A stretch of 64,000 bases of DNA from Lytechinus pictus (taxonomy: Eukaryota), in assembly GCF_037042905.1 (NCBI RefSeq), contig NC_087245.1, positions 42,906,001 through 42,970,000 on the forward strand, in the 5' to 3' direction. Both the position numbers and the translations under genes were made by a program. Numbering within the stretch: position 1 is the stretch's first letter; every line of letters begins with the position of its first letter. Positions 24,526-35,900 of the stretch are shown piece by piece. The notes under the pieces were generated by a model that had not been told where the DNA came from, ran no database searches, and saw only the letters and a list, made by a program, of their open reading frames with translations.

Positions 24526-24884
24526 AAATTAAAAACTAGAATAAGATATTCCAAAGCGTGTGTAAGATTAAAGCTAATCTCCCACATTAGATGTATTCAA
24601 TTTAAAAAATACAATATAAAAAATGTACGTCGTATTATATAAACTAGCAGATACACCCGTGTATGTGACACGTTCGATGGTATAAGTAACATTGAGATGT
24701 TTTCTATCATGTAGTGTATATAATTATAAAGTGTTATGAATAGGAAACATGCGCTAAATGTAAATATTTATTTTTATATCAATACCTTATATGAATTGAG
24801 TAATTTGAATTTATTTGGCGTTATTGTGTTAATGTAAATCATTAACCATAATCTTGAAATACAATGGATCTTTAGCTTGTATGT

Positions 24885-27339
24885 AGATTCTAGTTCAATG
24901 TTTCTCGCTCCAACTTATAATCAGGAGATAATGAATATTGTTTCTGATTTTAGTTCTAAAAAAAGTACAGGACATGATGACATCAATAATTTTCTTCTTA
25001 AGGGGGTAATATCGTCCATTGCGGATCCCCTAACTCATATATTCAATCTGTCACTTCTTAACGGCATTGTCCCCGAGAGCATGAAAATGGCAAAAGTCAT
25101 TCCTTTGTTTAAAAAGGATGATAAATTAGATGTTAATAATTACCGCCCAATTTCTTTGTTATCTACTTTGTCGAAAATACTTGAAAAGATTATTTATAAA
25201 AGAACTGTAATTTTTTTCAAATCAAATAATATTTTTTCAAATTCGCAATTTGGATTTAGGGAAAAGCATAGCACCACACATGCATTATTGAGTTTCATTG
25301 AAAAAGCGGCACATTCAATCGATAAATCTTCTCATTTAATTGGTTTGTTCCTGGACTTCACCAAGGCCTTCGACACCATTAATCATGATATTTTACTTAA
25401 CAAATTACATCATTATGGAGTGCGTGGGAAGGCCTTGGAGTGGTTCAGGAGCTACCTCATGAATAGGAAGCAATATGTCTTTTTAAACGGTTGCAATTCT
25501 CAAATGAAAAAAAATAATTGTGGAGTTTCCCAGGGTAGTATTTTAGGCCCGATTTTGTTTATAATTTATATTAATGATTTTTGTAGATCATCAGATGTTC
25601 TTTCTTTCATTCTCTTTGCGGACGACTCCAACTTATTTTTTTCACATAAAAATCCTCTTCACCTTGCTAATATAATCAACTCTGAACTAGAAAATGTCAC
25701 CGAATGGATAAGAGCAAATAAATTGTCACTAAATCTTCAAAAAACAAAATATATGTTGTTTAGCAACTCTATAAATACACTTCCTATTGATATTATATTT
25801 GATGGAACTCCCTTGGAAAATGTATCCCATATTAAGTTTCTTGGAATAATAGTCGATAATAAGCTCTCATGGAAATTTCACATAGATAACATATGTAAAA
25901 CTATTTCACGCAACATTGGTATAATTAACAAGCTTAATTTTTTTTTACCATTATCGTCTCTGCTGACATTATATTTATCCCTTATATTGCCTTATTTAAA
26001 TTATGGAATTTTAGCGTGGAGTAATACACAACAAACACTCTTAGACAAATTACTCCTATAACAAAAGAAATCTCTACGTATTATATGTCACACGGCATAT
26101 TTGTCTCATACTGACCCATTATTTTTTGAAAATAAAATATTGAAAATTAAAGACTTATATTTGTTTAATCTTATGGATTTATGTATAACTATAACAACAA
26201 CAACCTCCCAAATGTATTTAATTCAATTTTTCCAAAAAAATCAATCCATTCACAACTATCCAACAAGGCGATTGGGTGAATTTCATTTACCACTTTTAAG
26301 AACTTTGCGGGCTCAGAACACATTTATATATGATGGACCGAAGTTATGGAACTCACTTCATAATGATATAACAAATGCAACATCTTTGAACTCTTTTAAG
26401 ACTAAATTCAAATTATCTCTATTAAAACCTTATAATATACTCCCAAATTAAGTTTAATTCATCATCTCTGTCAAGTCATCATTATTACTTTAAAGACTAC
26501 AATTAAAACATAAAATAATTATTATCCTTTTTTTTATTAAAAAAAAATCTGACACAAGTCCTTCTCCGATGTGCTCATTATTGAACCTCATACATTATTG
26601 TGTCTATCCTCTCCTGTCCGCTTATCCGCCTTCCTACCGGTTATTTGTTAACGGCATCAATCACATTTTTCGTGCATTATATTCTTTCCAGGTTATTTTA
26701 TATACTTTTTCTCCTTTTATACACATCATTGAATCCAGTTTGCTTGAGTCCACGACGGCATGTGTTCTATCTACATACCACAACACCCATCCATCTTCTC
26801 AGGGCATTCTCCCCTTTTTTTTTTTTTTTTTTTTTTTTCCTTCTCTTTTTCTGGGGGGGGGGGGGTGGGGTGGGGAAGGGTGGATATTTTTAGGACGGGT
26901 TGTTTTGTCCTTTATCTAACTGTATATTTTTGATAACTTTGTATTTATTTTGTGAGTATTTCCCTCTCAGTTATTTATTTGTTTCTCATTTGATTATCTG
27001 TATTTATACTTTGCTATTTTGTTATTTTGTTATTTGTTGTGTTATCTATTTTTTTGAGGGGCCCACATTGTACAAGCATTGCTTTTTAGTGGGTCCCTCC
27101 ATTTCCATCTTAATTTAATTTCTATTGAAAAATAGTATACTTATTTAAAACCTACAATGTGTTGCCCAAATTGTCTAAGTGTTTTTTTTTTTTTTTTTTT
27201 TTTTCACAACATATGTATCATTATTTTCTTTTTTTGCAACGTATACAAATATTTATGTTTATATATGGTATACAATTCATGTATGTACAATTGATGGAAG
27301 TGAAATGAATAAATACAAAAAAAAAAAAAAAAAAAAAAA
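24885..27339 (+). mobile_element. 5'-truncated LINE (CR1 group, L2/Crack-like), copy 2, with RT domain
   Basis: 394-aa open RT region (NYRPISLL, QFGFR, LDFTKAFDTINH, GVSQGSILGP, FADDS). Premature TAA at 26059-26061 and a later frameshift. 3' stem-loop, poly(A) 27317-27339, imperfect TSD TTAG(C)TTGTATGT (24872-24884, 27340-27351). Confidence 0.92.
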
Positions 27340-28593
27340 TTAGTTGTATGTGAAATAATATGTAGAGTTTATAGAGTTTTGAAACTTTTGGAAACCTACT
27401 TGAAGTAGATGTAATTTAGTTGATTTGGGATTGTGGGGGCCTAACTTAAAAATAACATTACCTGCCATTGATACGGCGTGCTAAGCATTTTTCTTTAGTG
27501 TTTTAGATCTACTTGACGCCCCTCCCCCCGTATGGATAGTAATTTTTAGTTTGCTTGTGAAAGAAATATGCACCAGTCGGTGACTGGTCGTTTTCTTTGG
27601 GGACTTCTCATTTTACAGTATTTTACCTAGACCAGTTGAGAGTTCCCTCATTAACTGGTTCACATGCAAAGTACAAAATAAATGAAGTTAACTTTCTGCC
27701 GGTTCATCAGTTTCTACAGGGGCCGCGGAATGGTTTTCAAAGTGGAGGAAGGGGGCTGCTGACCATGCAAAAAATCACATTCATAAAATTTTGGTAATTT
27801 TTACGTTTTTGCAAACGGTTTTGACAAAAGTGGGGAGGGTCTGAAGCCCCCAAACCAACGCTTCCCCTGCCCCTGTTGTATCCATGGAATTACCCGACTA
27901 GCTGACTGCAAACTGATGATTTTTTTTTTCACTTTTTTCCCCTTCCACAGGGCTCTTTATTTTCAAAAAAGCATAATTACATTGTATAAACATTTACAAT
28001 TTTTCCGACAAACATTAAATAAACATGGTATATACATAATTCATAATACATAGACATGTAGTAGTGATGATTTGCAGTGTACAAATAAAACGTCGAATCC
28101 AATATCGTTTGGAAGATGACCCCAAAAGCCGTTATAGAAATAGATTACTTGAATCTGTGAAATCATTAAGTCCAAAATGTTTTTATGCATGTTTTTATTA
28201 TGTATGTAATGGTAATGGTAATTATACATCAATATAAATGTTTTGACCTTGTGGGCAAATAACGGCTCTTTTTTTTTGGGGGGGGGGTGATATTCGGTCG
28301 AATTGAACTTTGATTGAATAGATAGCAGTAAAAGACAGAAAAATCGTAAAATTGCACGTGCAAACAAAAATTTGTTAACACCATTTCCATTGTTCTAACT
28401 CAGTCATGCATGTTTTATGACCATTGATATGGTCATTAAATGACAGAAAGAAATCATATATTTCGATTTATACATCACATTAAGAAAAATTATGTTTATG
28501 GCAGCAAAAACTTTCACCGAATTACGGTTTCGTTTTTTCTGGGGATTCACTATATTCTAACTTCTCAATGAGACATCAAATTATCAATCGATG

Positions 28594-29757
28594 CAGTGGC
28601 GTACCGTGGGTCACGGCATTGGGGGGACCAGCAAAAATTTTGAGTCACTTAGTAAGCGCGCGAAGTGCGCCCAGTTGCCAGGTATACTGACCTAATAGAG
28701 ACATTTTAAAGACAGTGCCATTAAACGGATATGTCTCTCACTGGTCAAATAATGCGAGCGCGAAGCGCGAGCTTAAATTTTTTGATATTCAGACCTAAAA
28801 GGGGACATTATAATCAATCTTTTGCAATTATGATGTGTACCTGTCTCGCTAAATAATGCGAGTGCGACGCTCGAGCTGAAATTTTTGTAAATATTGACCC
28901 CCAAACAGGAAGATTTTAAGGACTATATTTTAGGAATTCATTAAGAGTATACACATCTCACCATAGTCATCTAATGCGAGTGCCAATAATCGCTTGCTGA
29001 TTTTGTTAGAATTACATCTAAACATGCACATAAAGCACTTGTAATAATGATTAACATATACCCATCTCACTAATCAAATCTTGCGAGCGCGAAGTGCGAG
29101 CTGAAAATTTAGGAAATTCAGACTTGAAGAGGGTTATTTTAAGGCTTGTTTGCAGGAATTCACGAAGACCATACGTAGTTCACTAACCAAATGATGCGAG
29201 CGCGAAGCGCGAGCTGAAAAATTTTGATACTCAGATTAGAAAAAGGGACATTTTAAGGACTGATTCTAGGAATTCATGGAGAGCAGACATATTTCACCAA
29301 TCCGCTACTGCGAACGTAATCACGGACAGGAAATGTTATATATTAAGACCTTAAAATGGGGCAATCACTTTAAGTAGTCATGAAAAAGAAGCATACTATA
29401 GTACATAAAACAATAATAAATCGAAGTGCGAGGAAATATATTTGGCAGTTTGGTGTATATTGACTTGAAAACGGGAGGTTTTAGTATAACAGGATTATAT
29501 ATCTCGGTAAACAGACAATGCGAGCACCAGGAACAATGAAGACATAGGCCCTGAGCAAATTATGTTTCATAAAGTTATGAAAAAAATGTTTCTTATGTAA
29601 TATAACAACATAATTATGATATAATATAACATTATGATGAGCAATAATGTCTTCTTTCCCACTACGTTTCTCTTCCTTTCTCCCTCTTTTTCTCCTTTTC
29701 CCCGTTTTTTTTTTTTTTTTTTTTTTTTTTTGGGGGGGGGGGGTCAGCCGATGGGGT
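28594..29757. mobile_element. hAT-type MITE (CAGTGGCGTACC family), right end missing
   Basis: Colinear with the complete copy at 55239-56405. Confidence 0.8.
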
Positions 29758-29984
29758 AATGTAATGTGATCGAGGCGGTCTGAATATAAGGTTATTATCA
29801 ATTTCCACTTTCCAAATAAGTATGGAGCGCAAGTTATCCCGACCTACAACTAGCTACACGGTGGGTCATTGCTTGCTTGTTATTGGTGTAACCTATGCAA
29901 TTACAGGTATATGGCTTAAAAAGAATGCAACTTGTATAACTTATACTAGTTGCATTCTCTTTAAGCCATACCCATACACAATTC

Positions 29985-30933
29985 CAGCGCCCCCTAGTTC
30001 TCACATCAATTTTGCAACCCCTCGTTCGAATAGCAATTCGGCGCCCCCTAGTTCGAACATCAATTTGGCGCCCCTAGTTCGAACATTCAATCGGCGCCCC
30101 CCGATGTCGAACATGAATTTTGCGCCCCTACGTCGAACATCAATTCGGCGCAACCCCCCCCCCCCCCTACGTCGAACATCTATTTGGCCTCCCTAGGTCG
30201 AACATCAATTTGGCGCCCCCAGTTGGAACATCAAATTGGCGCCCCTAGTTCGAATATCAATTCGGCGCCCCCTAGTTCAAACATCAATGTGGTGCCCCTA
30301 GTTCGAACATCAATTCGGCGCCCCCCTAGTTCGAGTATCAATTCGGCGCCCCTACATGTAGGTCGATCATCAATTCGAACCCCACCCGTTCGAACAGCAA
30401 TTCGGCCCCCAGTTCGAACATCATTTTGGCATCCCTTCGAACTCAATTTGCCTTCCCTAGTTCGAATATCATTTCCCCCCCCCCCTAGCTCGAGTATCAA
30501 TTTGGCGGCCCCCTAGTCGAGCATCAATTCGGCGCCCCCCTAGTTTGAGTATCAATTTGGCGCCCCCCTAGCTCGAATATCGATTCGCCCCCCCCCCAGT
30601 TCGAGTATCAATTTGGCGCCCCCAGTTCGAACATCATTTTAACATCCCTTCGAACATCATTTCGGCGCCCTCCTAGTTCGAATATCAAATTTGGCGCCCC
30701 TACATGTAAGTCCAACATCAATTTGGCGCCCCTAGTTCGAATATCATTTCGCCCCCCCCCCTAGCTCGAGTATCAATTTGGCGCCCCCTAGTTCCAACAT
30801 CAAATTGGCGCCCCTACGTCGAACATCAATTCGCCCCCCCCCCCCCGTTCGAACATCAATTCGGCCCCCAGTTCGAACATCATTTTGACATTCCTTCGAA
30901 CATCATTTCGGCGCCCTTTTGGTTCGAACATCA
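29985..30933 (-). repeat. Minisatellite of the same 28-30-bp family, inverted orientation
   Basis: Units CATCAATTTGGCGCCCCTAGTTCGAA, the reverse complement of 10231-10875. Confidence 0.9.
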
Positions 30934-32004
30934 TTTTCTTTCCTCCTCTTCCTCTTTTTTTCTTCTCGTCCTTCCCCCTCTTCCTCTCCCCTTTTCTTCT
31001 TTTCTTTCCCCCCTTTCTCTCTCTTTTTTCTTCTCTTCTTTCTTCCCTCTTCCTCTCTCTCCTTTTCCTTTTCACCTCTTCCTCTCTCTTTCCCCTCTTC
31101 TTCTCCTTTTTTCTTCTTTTCACCTCTTCCTCTCTCTTTTCCCCCTCTTCCGCTTTTTTCTCCCCCCTCCCCCTCCCATTTATTCTCTTCCTTCCCCCTC
31201 TTCCTCTTTTTTCTCTTTCTTTCCCCTCTTCTTCTCCTTTTTTTTCTTCTTTTCTTTCCCCTCTTCTTTTTTCTTCTTTTCTTTCCCCTCTCTTTTTTTT
31301 CTCTTCTTCCTCCCTCTTCCTCTTTCTCATTTTTCTCCTTTTCTTCCCCCTCTCCCCCTCCTTTTTCTTCTCTTTCTTTCCCCTTTTCTTCTTTTCTTCC
31401 CCCTTCTCTGTCTTTTTTTCCTCTTCTTTCTTCCCTCTTCCTCTCTCTCCTTTTCCTTTTCCCCTCTGCCTCTCTCCCCCTCTTCTTTCCCCGCTTCCTC
31501 TTTTTTCTTCCCCCCTCCCCCTCCCTTTTTCTTCTCTTCCTTCTCCCTCTTCCTCCTTTTTCTCTTTCTTTCCCCTCTTCTCCTTTTTTTCTTCTTTTCT
31601 TTCTTCTCTTCTTTTTTCTTCTTTTCTTTCCCCTCTCCTTTTTCTTCTCGTCTTTCCTCCCTCTTCCTCTCTCTCCTTTTCTTTTCCCCTCTTCCTCTTT
31701 TTTCTCCTCTTTTTCCTTCCCCCTCTTCCTCTCTCTTTTCCCCTCTTCTTGTCCCCTTTCTCTCTTTTCTCTTCTTTCCTCCTTCTTCCTCTCTTTTTTT
31801 TTCCTTTTCCTTTCCCCCTTTCCCCTCTCCTCTTTTCTTTCCCCCCTTTTCCTCTCTCTTTTTTCTTCCCTTTTTCCTTTCTTCTTTTTCTTCTTTTCTT
31901 TCCCCTCTTCCCCTCTTTTCTCTCTTTCTTTCCCTCTTCTTTTTTTTTAGCCGAAGGGGGGGGGGGGGACCAAGGCCCCCTCGGCCCCTCATGGATCCGC
32001 GCCT
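30934..32004 (-). repeat. CT-rich polypyrimidine tract ending in a MITE-type terminus (...GGATCCGCGCCTG)
   Basis: About 1 kb of C/T only. The terminus is the reverse complement of CAGGCGCGGATCC, also seen at 21975 and 22306. Confidence 0.85.
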
Positions 32005-32519
32005 GAGTACGATGACCTGTGCTGAACCATTTCTCAGAACCGTGCATGCAGCATGGCGGTCAAATGATTAAATAAATATTAAGAAAAAAAGGAAAATGGC
32101 TACACCTCCCTTCTCAAGACTTGAAAATATAGAGGATCAAAGATCATTACACCTCGCTCCTCGAGACGTCACTGAAAATAAAGAGGACCAAAGATCATTT
32201 ACCCGAGGAATATCAAATGCGATCATAAATTGTTAAAGTAGTTTGTTTGTTTTTCTCTCGCTGTTTTATCAGTAATCAAATTCTTATTTACCCACTGTCG
32301 TATCATACGATAAGACAGTGACGGTAAACCCAAACTACTAGTCAATTTCAAGTATACAATTAGTAATTACCCCGAGTGTTCCGGTTGCTCAGATTTAATA
32401 AAAATAAACTTTGTATGGTTTCTAAACGAATTTTTGATGTTTTGAAGCCTGTTTACATTTACTGTCCTTCACTCCTCTGCCCTGCATGGTTCAAGTTTTA
32501 TCTTTGTTTCGGGTCACAG

Positions 32520-32527
32520 TGACGTCA
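32520..32527. promoter_or_regulatory. Full CRE palindrome TGACGTCA about 250 bp upstream of the SLCO start codon
   Basis: Exact consensus in apparently unique sequence. Function not shown. Confidence 0.3.
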
Positions 32528-32775
32528 TCTTGCGTTAAGTAACTACTGATTTGTTATACGTACCCGAGGGAAACAATCATCGTTGATTATTTTCCTGTTA
32601 TGTGCGCATCATAAAACTTCTATCGCAGTTCAATATTGCAATTCCTTAAAGTTTGCCGTTCAAAGAACATCGCCAAGAAAGGTTGATTAGTGTTCGCGAT
32701 CAGTGCTTGTATGGTTATATCTACAGAAAACACGTTGTTCTTTAAATAATCTTTAAAAGACACATTCAAGAAAAA

Positions 32776-32928
32776 ATGGAGAAGAGAGCAACAAGATTTT
32801 GCCTTAATCACATATCTTTCACAGTACTACTTGGCGCAACAGTATTCGTCTACATTGGATCAATAGGACCTTATACGTCTGGAATACTCACCACAATGCA
32901 AAGGGAGTTTCAGCTTAAGAGTTCGGAA
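32776..32928 (+). CDS. SLCO: SLCO coding exon 1
   Basis: MEKR...GILTTMQREFQLKSSE|gtaagt. In-frame TAA at 32743 upstream of the ATG. Confidence 0.85.
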
Positions 32929-35900
32929 GTAAGTCTAGATTTGTGGTATTCTGGAAGTTGGACTGTATTTATGCTCTTTACTAACCTCTCTCAAATTTCG
33001 CGCCAAAGAGAGCTTCACAAGTGAGCGCATTATGGTGTATTTTATGTTGATCTAAAGGCATACCCAAAACCACTCAAGGTTTTGAATATTTTTGTCATGC
33101 TTTAAACTCAACGTATGTTCCTTACCGTATGGCCTGCCTATGAAAACAGATATGACGCTGTAAGGAGGCTGCGATAACCATACGATATCAAACAGTACTG
33201 CAATCTGTTGATTTTTTTATCGCAAAACATCCGTACGATTCCGTAAAGCATCTGCAAGGAAACATAACGATTTCGAGGAATTTATGTGACGAGGCTTAGG
33301 TGACTCAAATAGTAACTGTAAAATTGCTCTACAATCTGCGCAGAGCACATATCACCCTGGCTCCAGGGACGGATCCAGCTTTCGCCAATAAGGGGGGGGG
33401 GGGTGATATTTCCCCCATTCGGACTGACTAAAGCTGACTAAAGAAATAAATAAACCTTATTCTTAAAAACAAGGTAAGGTATCTCATGAAGCCTAAATCA
33501 ATAATTCGAGCGGGAAGTGCGACCTGGAAATATTTATATACGGACCCGAAAGGGAAATTATCAGGGACTACTTACAGTGACTCACTAATTAAGAGGGTGC
33601 ATGTCTCAACCACTCACTAATCGGAGCGCGAAATAAAAGTTTTTGATATCCCAATCAGAAAACTGGTAATTATACGCATTTTTATTGAAATCATGAACGG
33701 GATGGGTAGGGCAACAAAAAATATTTGATATTCTGACCTGAAAAACTGGACAGTTTAAGCACGTTTCAATAAAGAACAAGGTATATATCTTTAAAACAAA
33801 GAAAGGTTATTGCAAGCGCGAAGTGCAAGCTAATTATGTTTAGAATTAGATCTAAAAACGGGATATTCTTTGCCCCATTAAAATCATGAAAAAATATAGT
33901 TTTCTTATGATGCAAGCGCGAAGCGCCAGTCAGTATGTTATGTTTCGATCTGATAACTGGATATCTCAAGCACGTTTCTAAGATAGTATTTAGACTTGAA
34001 TAATTTTATCCATTGCCCCTTTCTTGTTTTCCTTTTAGGTTGGAATCATTCTCAGTATAAACGACATAGTTGCACTCATCTTGGTCACTCCAACCGCTTA
34101 TATCGGAACATCCCGTCATCGACCCAGGATTCTTGGTGTTTTAACGATTTTTTTCACCATCGGGTGTTTCATGTGCGCCCTTCCTCAGTTTGCTGGAAAT
34201 AGGAACCGGACAATTGATCACACGTCATCATCCCCATTCAACGAAACAGCAAACGCTGTAGACTTCCCCTCGAACTCTAACGGTTCCATGCGTAAGTTAT
34301 GTATGTCTACAAAGGATTGGTCAAAGAACCAATGCGTTGGTGTCCCACCGAAAAAAATACCAGAATCTGGAATCTTGATTGATATTGGCCATCTTTATCG
34401 GTCGGACTCCTTCGGATAAAATGGGCTAGTCCCTTTCTTTTAACCAGTAAAACCATTTGGTTGTTCTGTTCTTTGGAATCAAAGTGCAATGAACTTTTTA
34501 GAACTATTATGTGCCTAGATAACTTTGGTACAGACAAACTTGGCAAATACATGTTCTCTTGACAATGTTTGTTCAAAAAGTCGATTAAACTGTACGAGAA
34601 AGCCGATCCACGAATATCTTTAACAAGAATTTTAAAACCATTTTCTGTTTAATGGTTCATATCAACAGAAGAATAATATGAAATAGATGGATCTGAAAAT
34701 AATTCATTTCTTTACAAGTAAATTTAGATAATCGAGAAAAATGCAAAATGTGTACTTGGCATCAGTAGGCCTACACGATGGCAATCATAACAGGCTGCTT
34801 GCTATCCCTCCTCGTAGCATCAGCAAAATATTGGTCAAATGAAAATAATTCACACAATAATAATGAGTATCTTTTTCAAATTCAAGCCATTCTTGGGCCA
34901 TTCCTTAAGGAGTAGGGGTTATTTATTTAAACTAAAGCTGACACTAATCCAGGAGAAGCAGAAAGAACATCTTCCCATGTTATCATTAGTGCAATGAATT
35001 AATGGTGCCCCCTCATGGCCCCATAGGCGGATCCAGGGGAGGGCCGAGGGGCTACAAAGTGCTTGAAATATAGAGCTTAAAATGACCCTATTTCAGATCG
35101 GAATATCAAATATTTTAAGCTCGCGCTTCGTGGTCTCTTCATTGATTTTCATGATAAAAAAGGTATTTAGAGTGCCCAGATTCTAGATCGAAATCTGAAA
35201 CACACGCGTGCATGTTTATTCAGATACGCTGCTTTTTCTCTATTTAAATCATTATCCAGTTTTAGATCACAATATCAACAATTTTCTGCTCGCGATTTGC
35301 GCTCGCATTATTAATTTAGGAAGATTTCCAATTACTCATCCTTTTTATGATTTACAAAACATGAATAGAGTGTCCCATTTTTAGGTGTAAATCTCGATTT
35401 TTCCGCTCGCGCTTCGCGCTCGCGCCAATTGTTTAGTTATATATTTATCCTTTTCACGATTACAAAAAAGTTCTTAGAATTTCCATTCTTCAGTTAGAAA
35501 TGTGAAAAAAAATTCAGCTCGACCTTCGTGCTTGCATTGTTTGATTGGTAAAATATGTAACGTCTTCATGGCTAACTGCAAGCAGCCGTTAACAGATCTT
35601 TTTTTGATCCCATCAAAACGTACATTAAAAATTTCTGCCCGCGCTTCGCGCTCGCAGTAGTTGGATACACTTCTCGTTTAGGATCACAAACATTGCCCAA
35701 AATGTTTAAATTTTAGGACAAAATACATGAATAAGGATTATGAGATTATTATATATTTATTTTGATTTATAAGAATAAAGATTAGAAGTGACTACTGGGA
35801 CTACCCCTTCAAAAAGAGCACAAAAAATCAACTTCGATCGGGGAAAATGTGGCTGGAAAAATTCCCGCCCCCCTCTATTGGCGAAGGCTCGATCCGCCCC

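Noticed and set aside
24877..26451. RT ORF as an active or domesticated gene
   Set aside because: 5'-truncated with no endonuclease domain, a premature stop and a frameshift, and flanked by TSD and poly(A): a dead LINE copy.
29985..30933. CRISPR-like regular repeats, or tandem Pol III B-boxes (GTTCGAAC)
   Set aside because: Units are contiguous and degenerate with no unique spacers and no cas genes, in a eukaryotic context. The motif lacks the final C of the GTTCRANNC B-box and has no tRNA fold.
30800..32047. 415-, 373-, 343- and 221-aa ORFs
   Set aside because: Same low-complexity artefact on the CT tract.
32096..32236. 46-codon ORF MATPPFSRLE... as an SLCO N-terminal exon
   Set aside because: Ends in a stop with no good donor in frame, contains a small internal duplication, and the SLCO ATG already has an in-frame upstream stop.
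34292..34419. ORF-track extension of SLCO exon 2 (RKLCMSTKDW...)
   Set aside because: A consensus GTAAGT donor at 34292 gives the phase needed for exon 3. The extension runs into a stop.
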